Shown in pieces: positions 15,556 to 25,700 of a stretch of 64,000 nt of DNA; positions within the stretch are counted from its first letter, which is position 1, and the number at the start of each line of letters is the position of its first letter. The position numbers and the translations under genes are program-made. The notes beneath the pieces were generated by a model. That model was not told where the DNA came from and did no database searches. It saw only the letters and a list, made by a program, of their open reading frames with translations. This DNA comes from Nitrososphaerota archaeon (GTDB taxonomy: Archaea > Thermoproteota > Nitrososphaeria_A > Caldarchaeales > Caldarchaeaceae), in the NCBI GenBank assembly GCA_041641305.1, contig JBEPYN010000002.1:96001-160000 (forward strand). Direction: 5' to 3'.

Positions 15556-17847
15556 GTGAGTGTTGACGAAGAAGCTTACAGCGTTATCCAGGAGTGGCTT
15601 TCGCGTGACAGGTTCATAGTCGTGAAAAAAGACGTCGTCAGACACGAGTCTGTCGCAGGTGTCAGGGGGATGCTTCGCTATGTCGAGGACTATGTCGACG
15701 GCCGCTGTCTCCACGCACGCATCGTGAGAAGCATGGTTCCACATGGGTTGCTCAAGTCAATCAAGTTAAATGACTCGAGTGGACACTTGATTACGGCCCG
15801 TGATGTCCCGGGTGAGAATCAGGTTGGTTACACGGTGGCTGACCAGCCTGTTCTCGCCGAGAAGAAGGTAAGGTTCTACGGTGAGTCTGTCGCGCTCGTG
15901 GTTTCGGACAACGGCTACTCTGCCGAGGATTTGCTTGAGAAAGTTGAGGTAGAGATTGAGCCTCTGCCAGCTGTTTACGATGTTTTCGAGGCTATGGAGA
16001 ACAGGGTTTTGATACATGAGGAGAGGGGCTCCAACATAGCTGTGACGGCGCATGTCAGGAAAGGAGATGTCTCGGTGGGCGAACGCGAGTCTGATGAAGT
16101 TGTGGAGAAGACCTATGTCCTCTCGCCGCAGGACCACGCCTACATGGAGACAGAGGCTGCTCTGGCCATCCCCAGCCCCGACGGCGTAACCGTCATAAGC
16201 CAAGCACAGTACCCACATCTAGCCCAGAAAACCGTCGCAAGAGTTCTCGGCATCCCGTACAGCAAAGTCGCCATCATCCAGCCCGCTATAGGAGGTGCCT
16301 TCGGTGGAAAGGATGACATGGGCCCGATTGTCTCGGCACAGGCCGCCCTCGCATGCTGGAAACTCGGTAAACCAGTCTACCTACAATACAGCCGTGAAGA
16401 AAGTTTCACAAGCCACTGCAAACGCGACCCCGCGGTAATCAAATGCAGAACAGGCGCCTCCCGTGATGGCTTGCTCAAGTTCCTGGATGCAGAGGTTATT
16501 TTTGACAGCGGAGCCTATGCAAACAGGGGCCCCTACACGCTCTGGCGAGCATGTGTCCATGTCGCGGGGCCCTACCGGATACCGCATGTAAACGTTGTCG
16601 GCAAACTTGTATACACAAACAAGGTTTACCAGGGAAGCTTCAGAGGGTTCGGCAATCCGCAGGCAGAGTTCGCGGCTGAGCGGCAGATGGATGAGCTGGC
16701 CCGTCGCCTCGGCATAGACCCAGTAGAGTTCAGGCTCAAAAACCTCCTAAGGCCCGGAGACCTTTCCGCCACCTCGCAGCCCATGCCCGAGGACACAGGC
16801 ATCGCGCCGCTTGTCGAAAAAATGAGGAACACTCTACACATCCCCAAGAAGAAGAGAGAAAACGGCTACCGGTATGGATACGGTTTCGCAGTCGCGTGGC
16901 ACGGCATAAGCACAAGCCGCGGCGTACCCGACTGGGGGTCGGCGACACTAACCGTCCTGAGGGATGGGAGCGTGGTTGTCTCAAGCGGCGTAGTGGAGTT
17001 TGGACAAGGGACGCATACAGCGATTAAGCAGGTTGTAGCGGAGGTTTTGGGCATACCGTATGAGTGGGTGAAGCTCGAGGGTGGAACAAGCTACGCCCCA
17101 GACACGGGTGCGACGCACGGCTCCCGTGGACTGACCCTCGGCGGCTCAGCCGCTCTTGTGGCAGCGGGCCGTGTGAGAAAAAGGGTTGTGAAGGTGGCTG
17201 CGGAGATGCTGGAGGCCAACCCCGACGACATCGAGATAGCCGACGGCAAAGTGTTTGTGAAAGGTGTGGAAAACAAGATGCTTGACTGGCGCGACATCGT
17301 CGCCGCATGCTACGCACGGGGAGTAGACCTCACCTCGAGCGGCTACTTCTTCCTCAAGAAGGACAAGTTCGACGAGTCCCGTGGACAGGGCCACGCCTAC
17401 ACCATTTACTCTTTTTCCGCAGTCTTGGTGGAGGTGAGGGTGGACACTGAGACGGGCAAGGTCGAGGTCACGAACGTGTGGCCCGGTGCGGCATGCGGCA
17501 GAATAATCAACCCGGGCATAGCTTTGGGCCAGATACATGGGTCGGTTGTCCAGTCTCTCGGCTACTCGTTGACTGAGCGCATGGTGTTTGAGGAAGGGCG
17601 ACTCCTCACGGCGAGCTTGATGGATTACCTCATCCCCTCGGCTGTCGAGACACCGCGGATACATGAACCCATATACCATGAGGACATCTGCCCACACGGG
17701 CCCCTCGGGGCTAAGGGCTTGGCTGAGCTGGCCCTGATACCCGTCCCCGCAGCCGTGGCCAACGCCATCAAAGACGCCGTCGGAGTAGATGTCGACGAAA
17801 TCCCCGTAGTCCCCGAGAAACTGATCAAGCAGCTACACCAACGGTGA
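15556..17847 (+). CDS. Xanthine dehydrogenase family molybdopterin-binding subunit
   Basis: HAYMETEA, GGAFGGK, SFRGFGNPQ, VEFGQG, GATHGSR, GAKGLAE. Confidence 0.92.
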   Translation: MSVDEEAYSVIQEWLSRDRFIVVKKDVVRHESVAGVRGMLRYVEDYVDGRCLHARIVRSMVPHGLLKSIKLNDSSGHLITARDVPGENQVGYTVADQPVLAEKKVRFYGESVALVVSDNGYSAEDLLEKVEVEIEPLPAVYDVFEAMENRVLIHEERGSNIAVTAHVRKGDVSVGERESDEVVEKTYVLSPQDHAYMETEAALAIPSPDGVTVISQAQYPHLAQKTVARVLGIPYSKVAIIQPAIGGAFGGKDDMGPIVSAQAALACWKLGKPVYLQYSREESFTSHCKRDPAVIKCRTGASRDGLLKFLDAEVIFDSGAYANRGPYTLWRACVHVAGPYRIPHVNVVGKLVYTNKVYQGSFRGFGNPQAEFAAERQMDELARRLGIDPVEFRLKNLLRPGDLSATSQPMPEDTGIAPLVEKMRNTLHIPKKKRENGYRYGYGFAVAWHGISTSRGVPDWGSATLTVLRDGSVVVSSGVVEFGQGTHTAIKQVVAEVLGIPYEWVKLEGGTSYAPDTGATHGSRGLTLGGSAALVAAGRVRKRVVKVAAEMLEANPDDIEIADGKVFVKGVENKMLDWRDIVAACYARGVDLTSSGYFFLKKDKFDESRGQGHAYTIYSFSAVLVEVRVDTETGKVEVTNVWPGAACGRIINPGIALGQIHGSVVQSLGYSLTERMVFEEGRLLTASLMDYLIPSAVETPRIHEPIYHEDICPHGPLGAKGLAELALIPVPAAVANAIKDAVGVDVDEIPVVPEKLIKQLHQR

Positions 17848-17853
17848 GGCAAC

Positions 17854-20148
17854 ATGCTCAGATATGTTGCAAAAGATAGACCACGGCGCGACGCTGTATA
17901 CCGTGTAACAGGCCGCATAAAATACACGGCGGACATCCAGCCCGCCAAAACACTCCACGCAGCTCTTCTCCACTCACCCTACCCACACGCAGTCGTAAAG
18001 CAAATAGATGTCTCAAAAGCTTTGAAGACACCTGGCGTAGCAACGGTTCTGACACCTTTCAACGTCCCGCAGCACAGGTTCGGCAGAACATTCTCACCGG
18101 TGCCATGGAAAGTTATAATGGACAGGAAACTCATAGACAGGGTTCAGCGCTTCGCGGGCGACATAGTCGCAGCCGTTGCAGCCGATTCTCTCGAAACAGC
18201 CTACGACGCCGTGGAAAAGATTGAGGTGGATTACGAGGTCCTCGATTACGTGGACTCTGCTGAAAAAGCGTTGCAGCCAGATGCGCCGCTTGTGCATGAC
18301 GAGATAGAGGTAGGCGGCGTCGTGAAAAAACTCGAGAGCAACATCGGGTTCATGGACACCGTAGAGATAGGCAGCAGAGAAGAAGCCTATTCACGTGTCA
18401 CGAAAACCTATGAGGACAGCTTCCGGACACAGATTCTCTACAACGCCGCGATAGAGCCGCGGGCCATAATTGTTTCACCGAGGCCGGATGGGACGCTTGA
18501 CGTTTTCTGCACAACCCAGTCTATCCATGGAACACGCTACTGGCTGTCCAAGGCTCTTCAGATGCCCATGAACAAGATAGTGGTCCATGGCATGACACTC
18601 GGCGGCGGCTTCGGCGCAAAGTACAACCTCGCCATCCATGAACCCGTCATCGCTTATCTGGCCTACGTAACAGGCCGCACAGTAAAATTCGTCTCAACAC
18701 GTCAGCAGGATTTCTACACAACCGCGCGGAGAGCCGCATACATGGATGTCAGGCTCGGTGTGAGCCGTGAGGGCCGGATTGAGGCTATGGAGATGAAAGC
18801 TGTTCTCCAGAGCGGCGCCTACGCGGACCACATGTTGGAAGCTGTTACATGCACGGGTGGATGGTTCATCTCCAGCTACGCGGCAAGCTACCGATACTTT
18901 GAGGGCAAAGGCGTCTACACCAACCTGCCCGTATGCGGAGCGATGCGTGGCTTCGGCAACCCGCAGCAAAACTTCGCCCTCGAATCGCTTGTCGACGAGA
19001 TAGCGGAAGACCTCGGCATGGACCCTCTCGAGTTTCGTCTAAAGAACCTGCCGCGTGTCGGCGACATCTACTATGGTCAGGGGCCGACGGTTACAACAGT
19101 TATACGGTCGATGGCTCTCGAGCAGGTGGCCCGTAAAACTGCTGAGGCGTTTGGGTGGACAACGGAGAGACAAGTGGTGGACGGCGTGGCCCGCGCCTGC
19201 GGAGTCGCGGTCGGCCATCACACATCGGGAACAGGTGGAGAAATGTCTGAGCAACAGGACAGACAGGAGGGCGCGGGCGTCGTGCTCAAACTCAACGAAG
19301 ACGGCACAATTTCCCTCAACACAGCCATGGTGGAGATGGGCCCAGGCGAACACGAAACACTCGCGGCTATATGCGCCGAGGCGCTGGGAACAAAGCCCGA
19401 AGACATCTACGTCGAGATAGGCAACACTCAGTACACGCCCTTCGACATGGGGACGCATGCAAGCCGAGGAACCTACGTAGGAGGACTCGCCGTCGTCTCT
19501 GCAGCAGAGAAACTCAGGGAACAAATCTTGACACAGGCGGCTGAGATGCTTGAATGCTCGCCGAAGGACCTGCGCATAGAAGATGGATGGGTCAAACATG
19601 TAGAGGACGAAGGTAAGCGGCTCAGCCTCTCGCATGTTGCTATGCGGTTCAAGACACGGAAAGGGTTTCTACCGATAGCGGTAAGCGGCCTAAGGCCCAA
19701 CGCGGCACCGCCGAGCTGGGCCGTTATCTTCGCACAGGTGGCGGTCGACCTTGAGACAGGCGCCGTGAAGATAGAGAAAATCGCCGGTGGATACGATATA
19801 GGATTGGTCGTCAACCCCTCCGAGGCAGCGGGCCAAGCACATGGAGGAATAGCGACCGGAATAGGCTACGCGTTGCTGGAGGAGGTGGTCGTGCAGGACG
19901 GAAAATACATCAACCCAAGCTTTATGGACTACATGCTCCCCGGCGCCACCGACATCGCAGAAACCCTGGTCTTCTTCGCCGACTCCTACGACCCCTACGG
20001 CCCATTCGGAGCCAAAAGCATAGGCGAGCTCGCCACAAACCCCGTCGCATCAGCCATCGCCAACGCCGTCTCACGAGCAATAGGAAAACGAATGAAAAAA
20101 CTGCCCCTAAGCCCTGAAACAGTCCTCAACGCAGTCAAACTTTTTTAG
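17854..20148 (+). CDS. Xanthine dehydrogenase family molybdopterin-binding subunit (second paralogue)
   Basis: VTGRIKYTAD, GGGFGAK, AMRGFGNPQ, EMGPG, GTHASR, GAKSIGE. Confidence 0.92.
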   Translation: MLRYVAKDRPRRDAVYRVTGRIKYTADIQPAKTLHAALLHSPYPHAVVKQIDVSKALKTPGVATVLTPFNVPQHRFGRTFSPVPWKVIMDRKLIDRVQRFAGDIVAAVAADSLETAYDAVEKIEVDYEVLDYVDSAEKALQPDAPLVHDEIEVGGVVKKLESNIGFMDTVEIGSREEAYSRVTKTYEDSFRTQILYNAAIEPRAIIVSPRPDGTLDVFCTTQSIHGTRYWLSKALQMPMNKIVVHGMTLGGGFGAKYNLAIHEPVIAYLAYVTGRTVKFVSTRQQDFYTTARRAAYMDVRLGVSREGRIEAMEMKAVLQSGAYADHMLEAVTCTGGWFISSYAASYRYFEGKGVYTNLPVCGAMRGFGNPQQNFALESLVDEIAEDLGMDPLEFRLKNLPRVGDIYYGQGPTVTTVIRSMALEQVARKTAEAFGWTTERQVVDGVARACGVAVGHHTSGTGGEMSEQQDRQEGAGVVLKLNEDGTISLNTAMVEMGPGEHETLAAICAEALGTKPEDIYVEIGNTQYTPFDMGTHASRGTYVGGLAVVSAAEKLREQILTQAAEMLECSPKDLRIEDGWVKHVEDEGKRLSLSHVAMRFKTRKGFLPIAVSGLRPNAAPPSWAVIFAQVAVDLETGAVKIEKIAGGYDIGLVVNPSEAAGQAHGGIATGIGYALLEEVVVQDGKYINPSFMDYMLPGATDIAETLVFFADSYDPYGPFGAKSIGELATNPVASAIANAVSRAIGKRMKKLPLSPETVLNAVKLF

Positions 20149-20179
20149 ATAATTCTCCACAGGTTTTCCGTGATTTTTT

Positions 20180-21217
20180 ATGCGTAAAGTGGTGTTGATA
20201 AAGGGGGATGGCACGGGTCCTGAGCTTGCGGCTGCGTTGAAGAAGGTTTTGGACGCTGTTTCCCCACCTCTCGAGGTTATAGAGTGTGAGGCTGGTTCTG
20301 AATGGTGGATGAAACATGGCGGTAACAGCATGATACCTGCGGAAACGTGGGAGGCCATTAAGTCAAGCGATGCATGCTTCAAATCACCGACAACCACTCC
20401 ACCGGACCCCAACGCTCCCAGAAGCGTCGCCGTCTCAATCAGGCAAACCATGGATCTCTACGCAAACATAAGACCAATCAAAACCTTCAAAGGAGCCGAA
20501 AGCCCGTTGTCAAACATTTTCGGGCCCTTCGACTTTGTCTGTGTCAGAGAGGCGACCGAGGGGCTTTACTCAGGTCTTGAGCACAGGCTCAGCGACGATG
20601 TCTCCATAGCAATAAGGAAAATAACGCGTAGGGGGAGCGAGCGGGTTGCGCGCTGGGCCTTCAAGATAGCGGCGGAGAGAAACTGGAGCAAAGTCATCGT
20701 CATAACCAAGCGCAATATTCTCCGCGTAACCGACGGCGTGTTCTGGGAAGCTGTCGAAAAGGTTGCGAAAGAGTTTCCCGGCATAAGCTACGAAGAATAC
20801 TACATCGACAACATGTCTCAGCAGCTAATCAAAAACCCAGACCGCTTCAACCAAAATGTTCTCCTCAGCACAAACCTTTTCATGGATGTTTTGTCGGAGG
20901 CTGCGGCGGGGCTGGTGGGCAACATCGGCATGGTTTACGCAGCCAACATAGGCGACCGCTACGCCATGTTCGAGCCGGCGCATGGAAGCGCTCCCAAATA
21001 CAAGGGTATGGATAGAGTGAATCCGACGGCGACAATCTTGGCCGGTGCATGGATGCTGAAATACCTCGGACTAACCAAATACGGTGAAGCAATCGAGAAA
21101 GCAACCGAGCAGGTAATAGCTGAGCATAAGGTTGTAACCGTCGACCTCGGAGGGACGGCGAAGACATCGGAGATGGCTGCGGAAATAGCTAAGAAAGCGG
21201 CGCAAATTATTTCCTAA
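20180..21217 (+). CDS. Isocitrate/isopropylmalate dehydrogenase family, probably isocitrate dehydrogenase
   Basis: GDGTGPE, KSPTTTP, DLYANIRP, REATEGLY, NLFMDVLS, FEPAHGSAP, NPTATIL; lies upstream of the sdh operon. Confidence 0.88.
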   Translation: MRKVVLIKGDGTGPELAAALKKVLDAVSPPLEVIECEAGSEWWMKHGGNSMIPAETWEAIKSSDACFKSPTTTPPDPNAPRSVAVSIRQTMDLYANIRPIKTFKGAESPLSNIFGPFDFVCVREATEGLYSGLEHRLSDDVSIAIRKITRRGSERVARWAFKIAAERNWSKVIVITKRNILRVTDGVFWEAVEKVAKEFPGISYEEYYIDNMSQQLIKNPDRFNQNVLLSTNLFMDVLSEAAAGLVGNIGMVYAANIGDRYAMFEPAHGSAPKYKGMDRVNPTATILAGAWMLKYLGLTKYGEAIEKATEQVIAEHKVVTVDLGGTAKTSEMAAEIAKKAAQIIS

Positions 21218-21270
21218 AAATTTTATCCATAATTGTTATAAATCATCATATCCCTGATTTTTGCGTAAAA

Positions 21271-21462
21271 ATGCCTCTTGAGGCAACGGTCTACATCAGG
21301 AAGAAGAGACACGCGAGCGGGAAAACCTATCTCTACATCCACATCCCATCAAAGATAGCGTCTGACAGCATGTTCAAGTTCCGCGAAGGCGATAAGCTGA
21401 AAATGGTTGTCGACCCACGGAGAGGACGCATAATTTTGCTCAAGCAGATGAAAAAGAAATGA
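21271..21462 (+). CDS. Small AbrB/SpoVT-like DNA-binding protein
   Basis: YLYIHIPSKIA....FREGDKLKMVVD..RGRIIL. Confidence 0.7.
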   Translation: MPLEATVYIRKKRHASGKTYLYIHIPSKIASDSMFKFREGDKLKMVVDPRRGRIILLKQMKKK

Positions 21463-21507
21463 AGAATAATTACCGTTAAATTGTGCTGGTCAGAGTATAA
21501 ATGATGT

Positions 21508-23223
21508 ATGGGCGCTGATGTGGATGTTGATGTTGCGGTTATTGGCTCGGGGCTTGCGGGTCTTCGGGCCGCGATAGAGGCGGCTCGTGTGGGCCGTGAA
21601 AAGGTTGTTGTCGGGGTGTTCACAAAAACGCAGGTGATGCGTTCACATTCGGTTTCGGCGGAGGGTGGGACGGCTGCTGTTCTCTATCCCGAGGAGGGTG
21701 ACAGCCTCCAGTCTCACATGTATGACACTGTCAAGGGATCGGATTTTCTCGCCGACCAAGACGCCGTCGAGTTGTTTGTGAAAAAAGCGCCGGAGGAGAT
21801 TCTGCAGCTTGAGAGATGGGGGATGCCATGGGCGAGACGAGAAGATGGAAAGATTGCGCAGCGCTTTTTCGGTGGACAGAGTTTTCCACGCGCCTGCTAC
21901 GCGGAGGACAAGGTTGGGTTCTTTGAGATGAGCACCCTCTATGACACGGCTCTCAAATACGATAACATCCATTTCTATCCCGAGTGGGCTGCGGTCAGCC
22001 TCTTGGTGGAGAACGGGAAGTTCAAGGGGCTTGTGGCCCTCGAGCTGAAGACGGGAAAAATACATACGGTCGCGGCTAAGGCGGGTGTTCTCGCTACAGG
22101 AGGAGCGGGCAGGCTCTACTCATTCGCCACCTTCGGATACTCCTCAACACCTGACGGCCTCTACATAGCTTACCGAGCTGGCGCACCGCTCAAAGACATG
22201 GAGTTTGTCCAGTTCCATCCCACTGGCCTCGTCCCATCCGGCATCCTGATAACCGAAGCCGCACGCGGAGAAGGAGGAATACTAACCAACGCCAACGGTG
22301 AAAGATTCATGAAGAGATACGCTCCAGAGAAAATGGAGCTCGCACCTCGAGATATCGTCTCACGCGCCATGTATAACGAGATTGCCGAGGGCCGTGGAGT
22401 AGAGGGCCCCGGCGGCGTCAAATGCCTATACCTCGACCTAACCGTGCTGGGCGCGGAAAAAATCAAGAAAAAGCTTGCCGGCATACGTGAATACTGTATG
22501 CGTCTCGCCGGCATAGACCCCATCAACGAACCCATACCTGTCAGGCCCGTGGCCCACTACTACATGGGAGGCGTGGACACAAACATCGGAGGAGCAACAG
22601 CCGTCAAAGGCCTCTGGGCCGCTGGCGAGGTTGCATGTGTATCCATCAACGGGGCCAACAGGCTCGGCTCAAACTCCACAACAGAGTGCCTCGTATGGGG
22701 TGCCATCACAGGAAAAGCAGCTGCAGAGCATGTCCTCGCCAACCACAACCAAACACCGGTCAACAAATCCGACGCCGCCACCATCGAGAAACACATCTAC
22801 GACGAGCTGCTGGGCAAAGCACCAAAAGAAAACCCCTACGACATCAGACAGGAGCTGCAGACAACGATGGAGCAAACCTGCCACATCTACCGCGAGGAAA
22901 AAAGCCTCTTTCAGGGCATCGACCAAGTCAGAAAAATCAGGCAAAAACTATTCAGAGGAGTGGTTGACAGCAGCCGCTACTACAACACAAACCTCATGAA
23001 CGTGCTCGAGATAGAGATGATGATTGAGGTCGCCGAAGTAATTCTAATCTCGGCTCTGAACAGGAAAGAGTCGCGTGGAGCGCATGCACGTGTTGACTAT
23101 CCCAAACGAGACGACGTCAACTTCCTCAAACACACCCTCGCATACTACACCGAGGATGGGCCGCGGATAGAGTACATAAGCCCCGTCATCACAGAATATG
23201 CACCAACGGAGAGGAGGTATTGA
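21508..23223 (+). CDS. sdhA: Succinate dehydrogenase flavoprotein subunit
   Basis: IGSGLAG, RSHSVSAEGG (FAD-His), QFHPTG, ELAPRD, AHYYMGG, GANRLGSNS, ESRGAHAR. Confidence 0.96.
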   Translation: MGADVDVDVAVIGSGLAGLRAAIEAARVGREKVVVGVFTKTQVMRSHSVSAEGGTAAVLYPEEGDSLQSHMYDTVKGSDFLADQDAVELFVKKAPEEILQLERWGMPWARREDGKIAQRFFGGQSFPRACYAEDKVGFFEMSTLYDTALKYDNIHFYPEWAAVSLLVENGKFKGLVALELKTGKIHTVAAKAGVLATGGAGRLYSFATFGYSSTPDGLYIAYRAGAPLKDMEFVQFHPTGLVPSGILITEAARGEGGILTNANGERFMKRYAPEKMELAPRDIVSRAMYNEIAEGRGVEGPGGVKCLYLDLTVLGAEKIKKKLAGIREYCMRLAGIDPINEPIPVRPVAHYYMGGVDTNIGGATAVKGLWAAGEVACVSINGANRLGSNSTTECLVWGAITGKAAAEHVLANHNQTPVNKSDAATIEKHIYDELLGKAPKENPYDIRQELQTTMEQTCHIYREEKSLFQGIDQVRKIRQKLFRGVVDSSRYYNTNLMNVLEIEMMIEVAEVILISALNRKESRGAHARVDYPKRDDVNFLKHTLAYYTEDGPRIEYISPVITEYAPTERRY

Positions 23224-23227
23224 GGAG

Positions 23228-23698
23228 ATGAGCAGGCTATCCCTTGCTCTGAAAACTTGGCTGTTTCCCGTCCGCTATGGGCTGGAGCGCTGGAGCTACA
23301 CTCTTCAACGCGTCTCCGGTGTGGCGATTATACTTTTCTTCGTGTTGCACATCGCGGAGACAGGAAATGTTGTTGGGGGCCCAACGGTCTGGACAATTCC
23401 GCCCTATGAGTATGCGAAGCAGGTGTGGAACGAGACCAAAGAGTTTCTCTCCAACCCGTTATTCGACATAGGCCTTGTCCTCCTCGCCTTCATGATATTC
23501 TTCCACACATTCAACGGAATACGACTAACACTCGCCCACTTCGGCATACTGCTGGAAAAACCCAGGCGACCCGAATACCCCTATCACCCCGGCTCGATGT
23601 CAAAAACCCAGCGCATCCTTTTCTGGATAAGCATCGTGTTGGCTACCGCGGCCATCATCTATTCTATGGATGTTTTCTTTAAGGTGCTTCAGCCATGA
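23228..23698 (+). CDS. sdhC: Succinate dehydrogenase cytochrome b anchor subunit C
   Basis: LQRVSGV...LH...FHTFNGIR, three TM helices; start moved to ATG 23228 behind GAGGAG. Confidence 0.88.
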   Translation: MSRLSLALKTWLFPVRYGLERWSYTLQRVSGVAIILFFVLHIAETGNVVGGPTVWTIPPYEYAKQVWNETKEFLSNPLFDIGLVLLAFMIFFHTFNGIRLTLAHFGILLEKPRRPEYPYHPGSMSKTQRILFWISIVLATAAIIYSMDVFFKVLQP

Positions 23699-24048
23699 GA
23701 GAGAAAACGGTTCAACTCCTTCATTACATAACGGGGATAGGGATACTGGTGGCTGGGGCTATTCATCTGGCTACGGTGTTTCTCCTCAGCCCCTACGAGG
23801 CGAGCATGGCCTTTGATGGACACCCATTCTCCGTCATCTCCGTCTACCGCAACATACTGCTGGCCGCATCTCTCCAGGCTCTCCTCGTCTTCGTGGCTTT
23901 CCACGGCTTCAACGGCGTCCGAACAATCCTCTCAGAGCTCTACCAAGGAAAAACATATCTCAGAATAGTGAACATAGCAGTCACAGTCGCCGCCTTGGCC
24001 GTGGTAATCTATGGCACACGCACCATAGTGATAGCGCATTTGTTGTAG
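23695..24048 (+). CDS. sdhD: Succinate dehydrogenase hydrophobic anchor subunit D
   Basis: LHYITG...IHL...FHGFNGVRTILSE. Confidence 0.85.
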   Translation: MREKTVQLLHYITGIGILVAGAIHLATVFLLSPYEASMAFDGHPFSVISVYRNILLAASLQALLVFVAFHGFNGVRTILSELYQGKTYLRIVNIAVTVAALAVVIYGTRTIVIAHLL

Positions 24049-24059
24049 AGGGGGATGCT

Positions 24060-24773
24060 ATGCAGGAAGTAAGGTTCAGGGTTTTCCGATACGACCCAGA
24101 CAAAGATGGCCGGAGAAGCTACCAGACATACACCGTGCCAACGTTCAAGGGGATGACGGTTCTACAAGGCCTTCTCCACATAAAGGAAAAGATAGACCCA
24201 ACGCTGTCGATACGTTTCTCATGCAGAATGGCGACATGCGGCTCCTGTGGCATGATGATAAACGGGCTGCCACGGCTCGCATGCTATACCTTGATAGAGG
24301 AGCTGAAAACACGAACCATCGTTGTCGAGCCGCTCCGCAACTTCCCCGTAATCAAAGACCTCGTAACAGATTTCGAAGAATTCTTCAACAAACACAGATG
24401 GGTCAAACCCTACCTCATAAGACTAGACACGTATGAGCAGGAGAAGAGCAACATCTCCTATAAACAGAGCGACGAAGAACTTGAACGATACATCCAGTTT
24501 GCATACTGTATCAAATGCGGCCTCTGCTACTCAGCCTGTCCCGTGACAGCGACGGACAAGGATTTTCTCGGGCCACAGGCCCTTGCCCAAGCATACCGCT
24601 ACTACGCAGATTCGCGTGACGAAGGAGGTGTGGATAGGCTGCGGCCTCTCGCCGAAGGAAGCAGGCTTCTGAGATGCCATTTCGCTGGCTCCTGCAGCAA
24701 AGTCTGTCCAAAAGGCGTCGACCCAGCTCTCGCAATCCAGCTACTGCGCCGAGAAGTTCTCCTGCGAACATAG
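24060..24773 (+). CDS. sdhB: Succinate dehydrogenase iron-sulfur subunit
   Basis: SCRMATCGSC..ING..RLAC; CIKCGLCYSACP; CHFAGSCSKVCPKG. Confidence 0.96.
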   Translation: MQEVRFRVFRYDPDKDGRRSYQTYTVPTFKGMTVLQGLLHIKEKIDPTLSIRFSCRMATCGSCGMMINGLPRLACYTLIEELKTRTIVVEPLRNFPVIKDLVTDFEEFFNKHRWVKPYLIRLDTYEQEKSNISYKQSDEELERYIQFAYCIKCGLCYSACPVTATDKDFLGPQALAQAYRYYADSRDEGGVDRLRPLAEGSRLLRCHFAGSCSKVCPKGVDPALAIQLLRREVLLRT

Positions 24774-24776
24774 CAC

Positions 24777-25700
24777 TTGAACCCGGTTACGTTACTGCTT
24801 CATCCGTCAAAAGCCAAATCCATAGATGGTTCACGCGAAATCAGGAAAGCGCTGATAGTTTTCGCTTTGGCTGCGCTGAGCCAAGCCGCGGTAGCCATCT
24901 ACATCTATCGCTTCAAAACAGTTTACGAGATAGCGTTGGGGCCCTATTCGATTGTTGAGCTGGAGCTTTTTCAGCCGGATTACCTGTTGATGGCGAGTTT
25001 GACAACGGTCTTCATAGCCCTCGTCATCATAGTGGGCGTTGGACGGATATTTGGCAGGCTTCTCGGCAGAAACCATGCATCGATGCGTGACTTCCTCACC
25101 GTTTTCCTCTACCTCTTCACGGTCTTCGCCATAATTAACGTGGTTATATTAGGCGCGTCAATACCCTCAGCACCCGAGAAATACTATGTATTCGGCGCAC
25201 AATTCTCAGACGTAATCTTCAGAAACGCGACGCTGACATGGGTTGATGGAGACATAGCGAGAACAATCGAGGCAGAGCTGCTCTACGCAAAAAGAGCCAA
25301 CGTTACACGGATGTTAAGTGACGGGAAAATGGTTGAAACAGGCGGATACACAGCGGAGGAGATACAGAGAATAATTTCAGAGAGCGTTCTCACCGTTTCT
25401 CTTCAAAACCCCGCCGCTCCGCCATATAGTTTGCCGGAGAGCATCACTCTGGAGGATTTTGTTTTCCAGGACATCACTCCCCGTAACACACTTCTCACAT
25501 CCATAGCAGCTGTCAGAGACCAGCCCGGAGCATACATTCCCACCATCAGCGTTGTGAAAAACTTTGCCTGGCGCATTATCATGTCCATATACACGGGCCT
25601 TTTTGTCATGTATCTACATAACACGTCACGGAAATCAGCCTTTCTCGTGATACTGCTGACCTACCTCGCCGTCGCTAACCTTGTTCCAGCGATTTCCTGA
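24777..25700 (+). CDS. Hypothetical multi-pass membrane protein (Yip1-like topology with a soluble insert)
   Basis: About five hydrophobic segments; follows sdhB by 3 nt. Confidence 0.7.
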   Translation: MNPVTLLLHPSKAKSIDGSREIRKALIVFALAALSQAAVAIYIYRFKTVYEIALGPYSIVELELFQPDYLLMASLTTVFIALVIIVGVGRIFGRLLGRNHASMRDFLTVFLYLFTVFAIINVVILGASIPSAPEKYYVFGAQFSDVIFRNATLTWVDGDIARTIEAELLYAKRANVTRMLSDGKMVETGGYTAEEIQRIISESVLTVSLQNPAAPPYSLPESITLEDFVFQDITPRNTLLTSIAAVRDQPGAYIPTISVVKNFAWRIIMSIYTGLFVMYLHNTSRKSAFLVILLTYLAVANLVPAIS

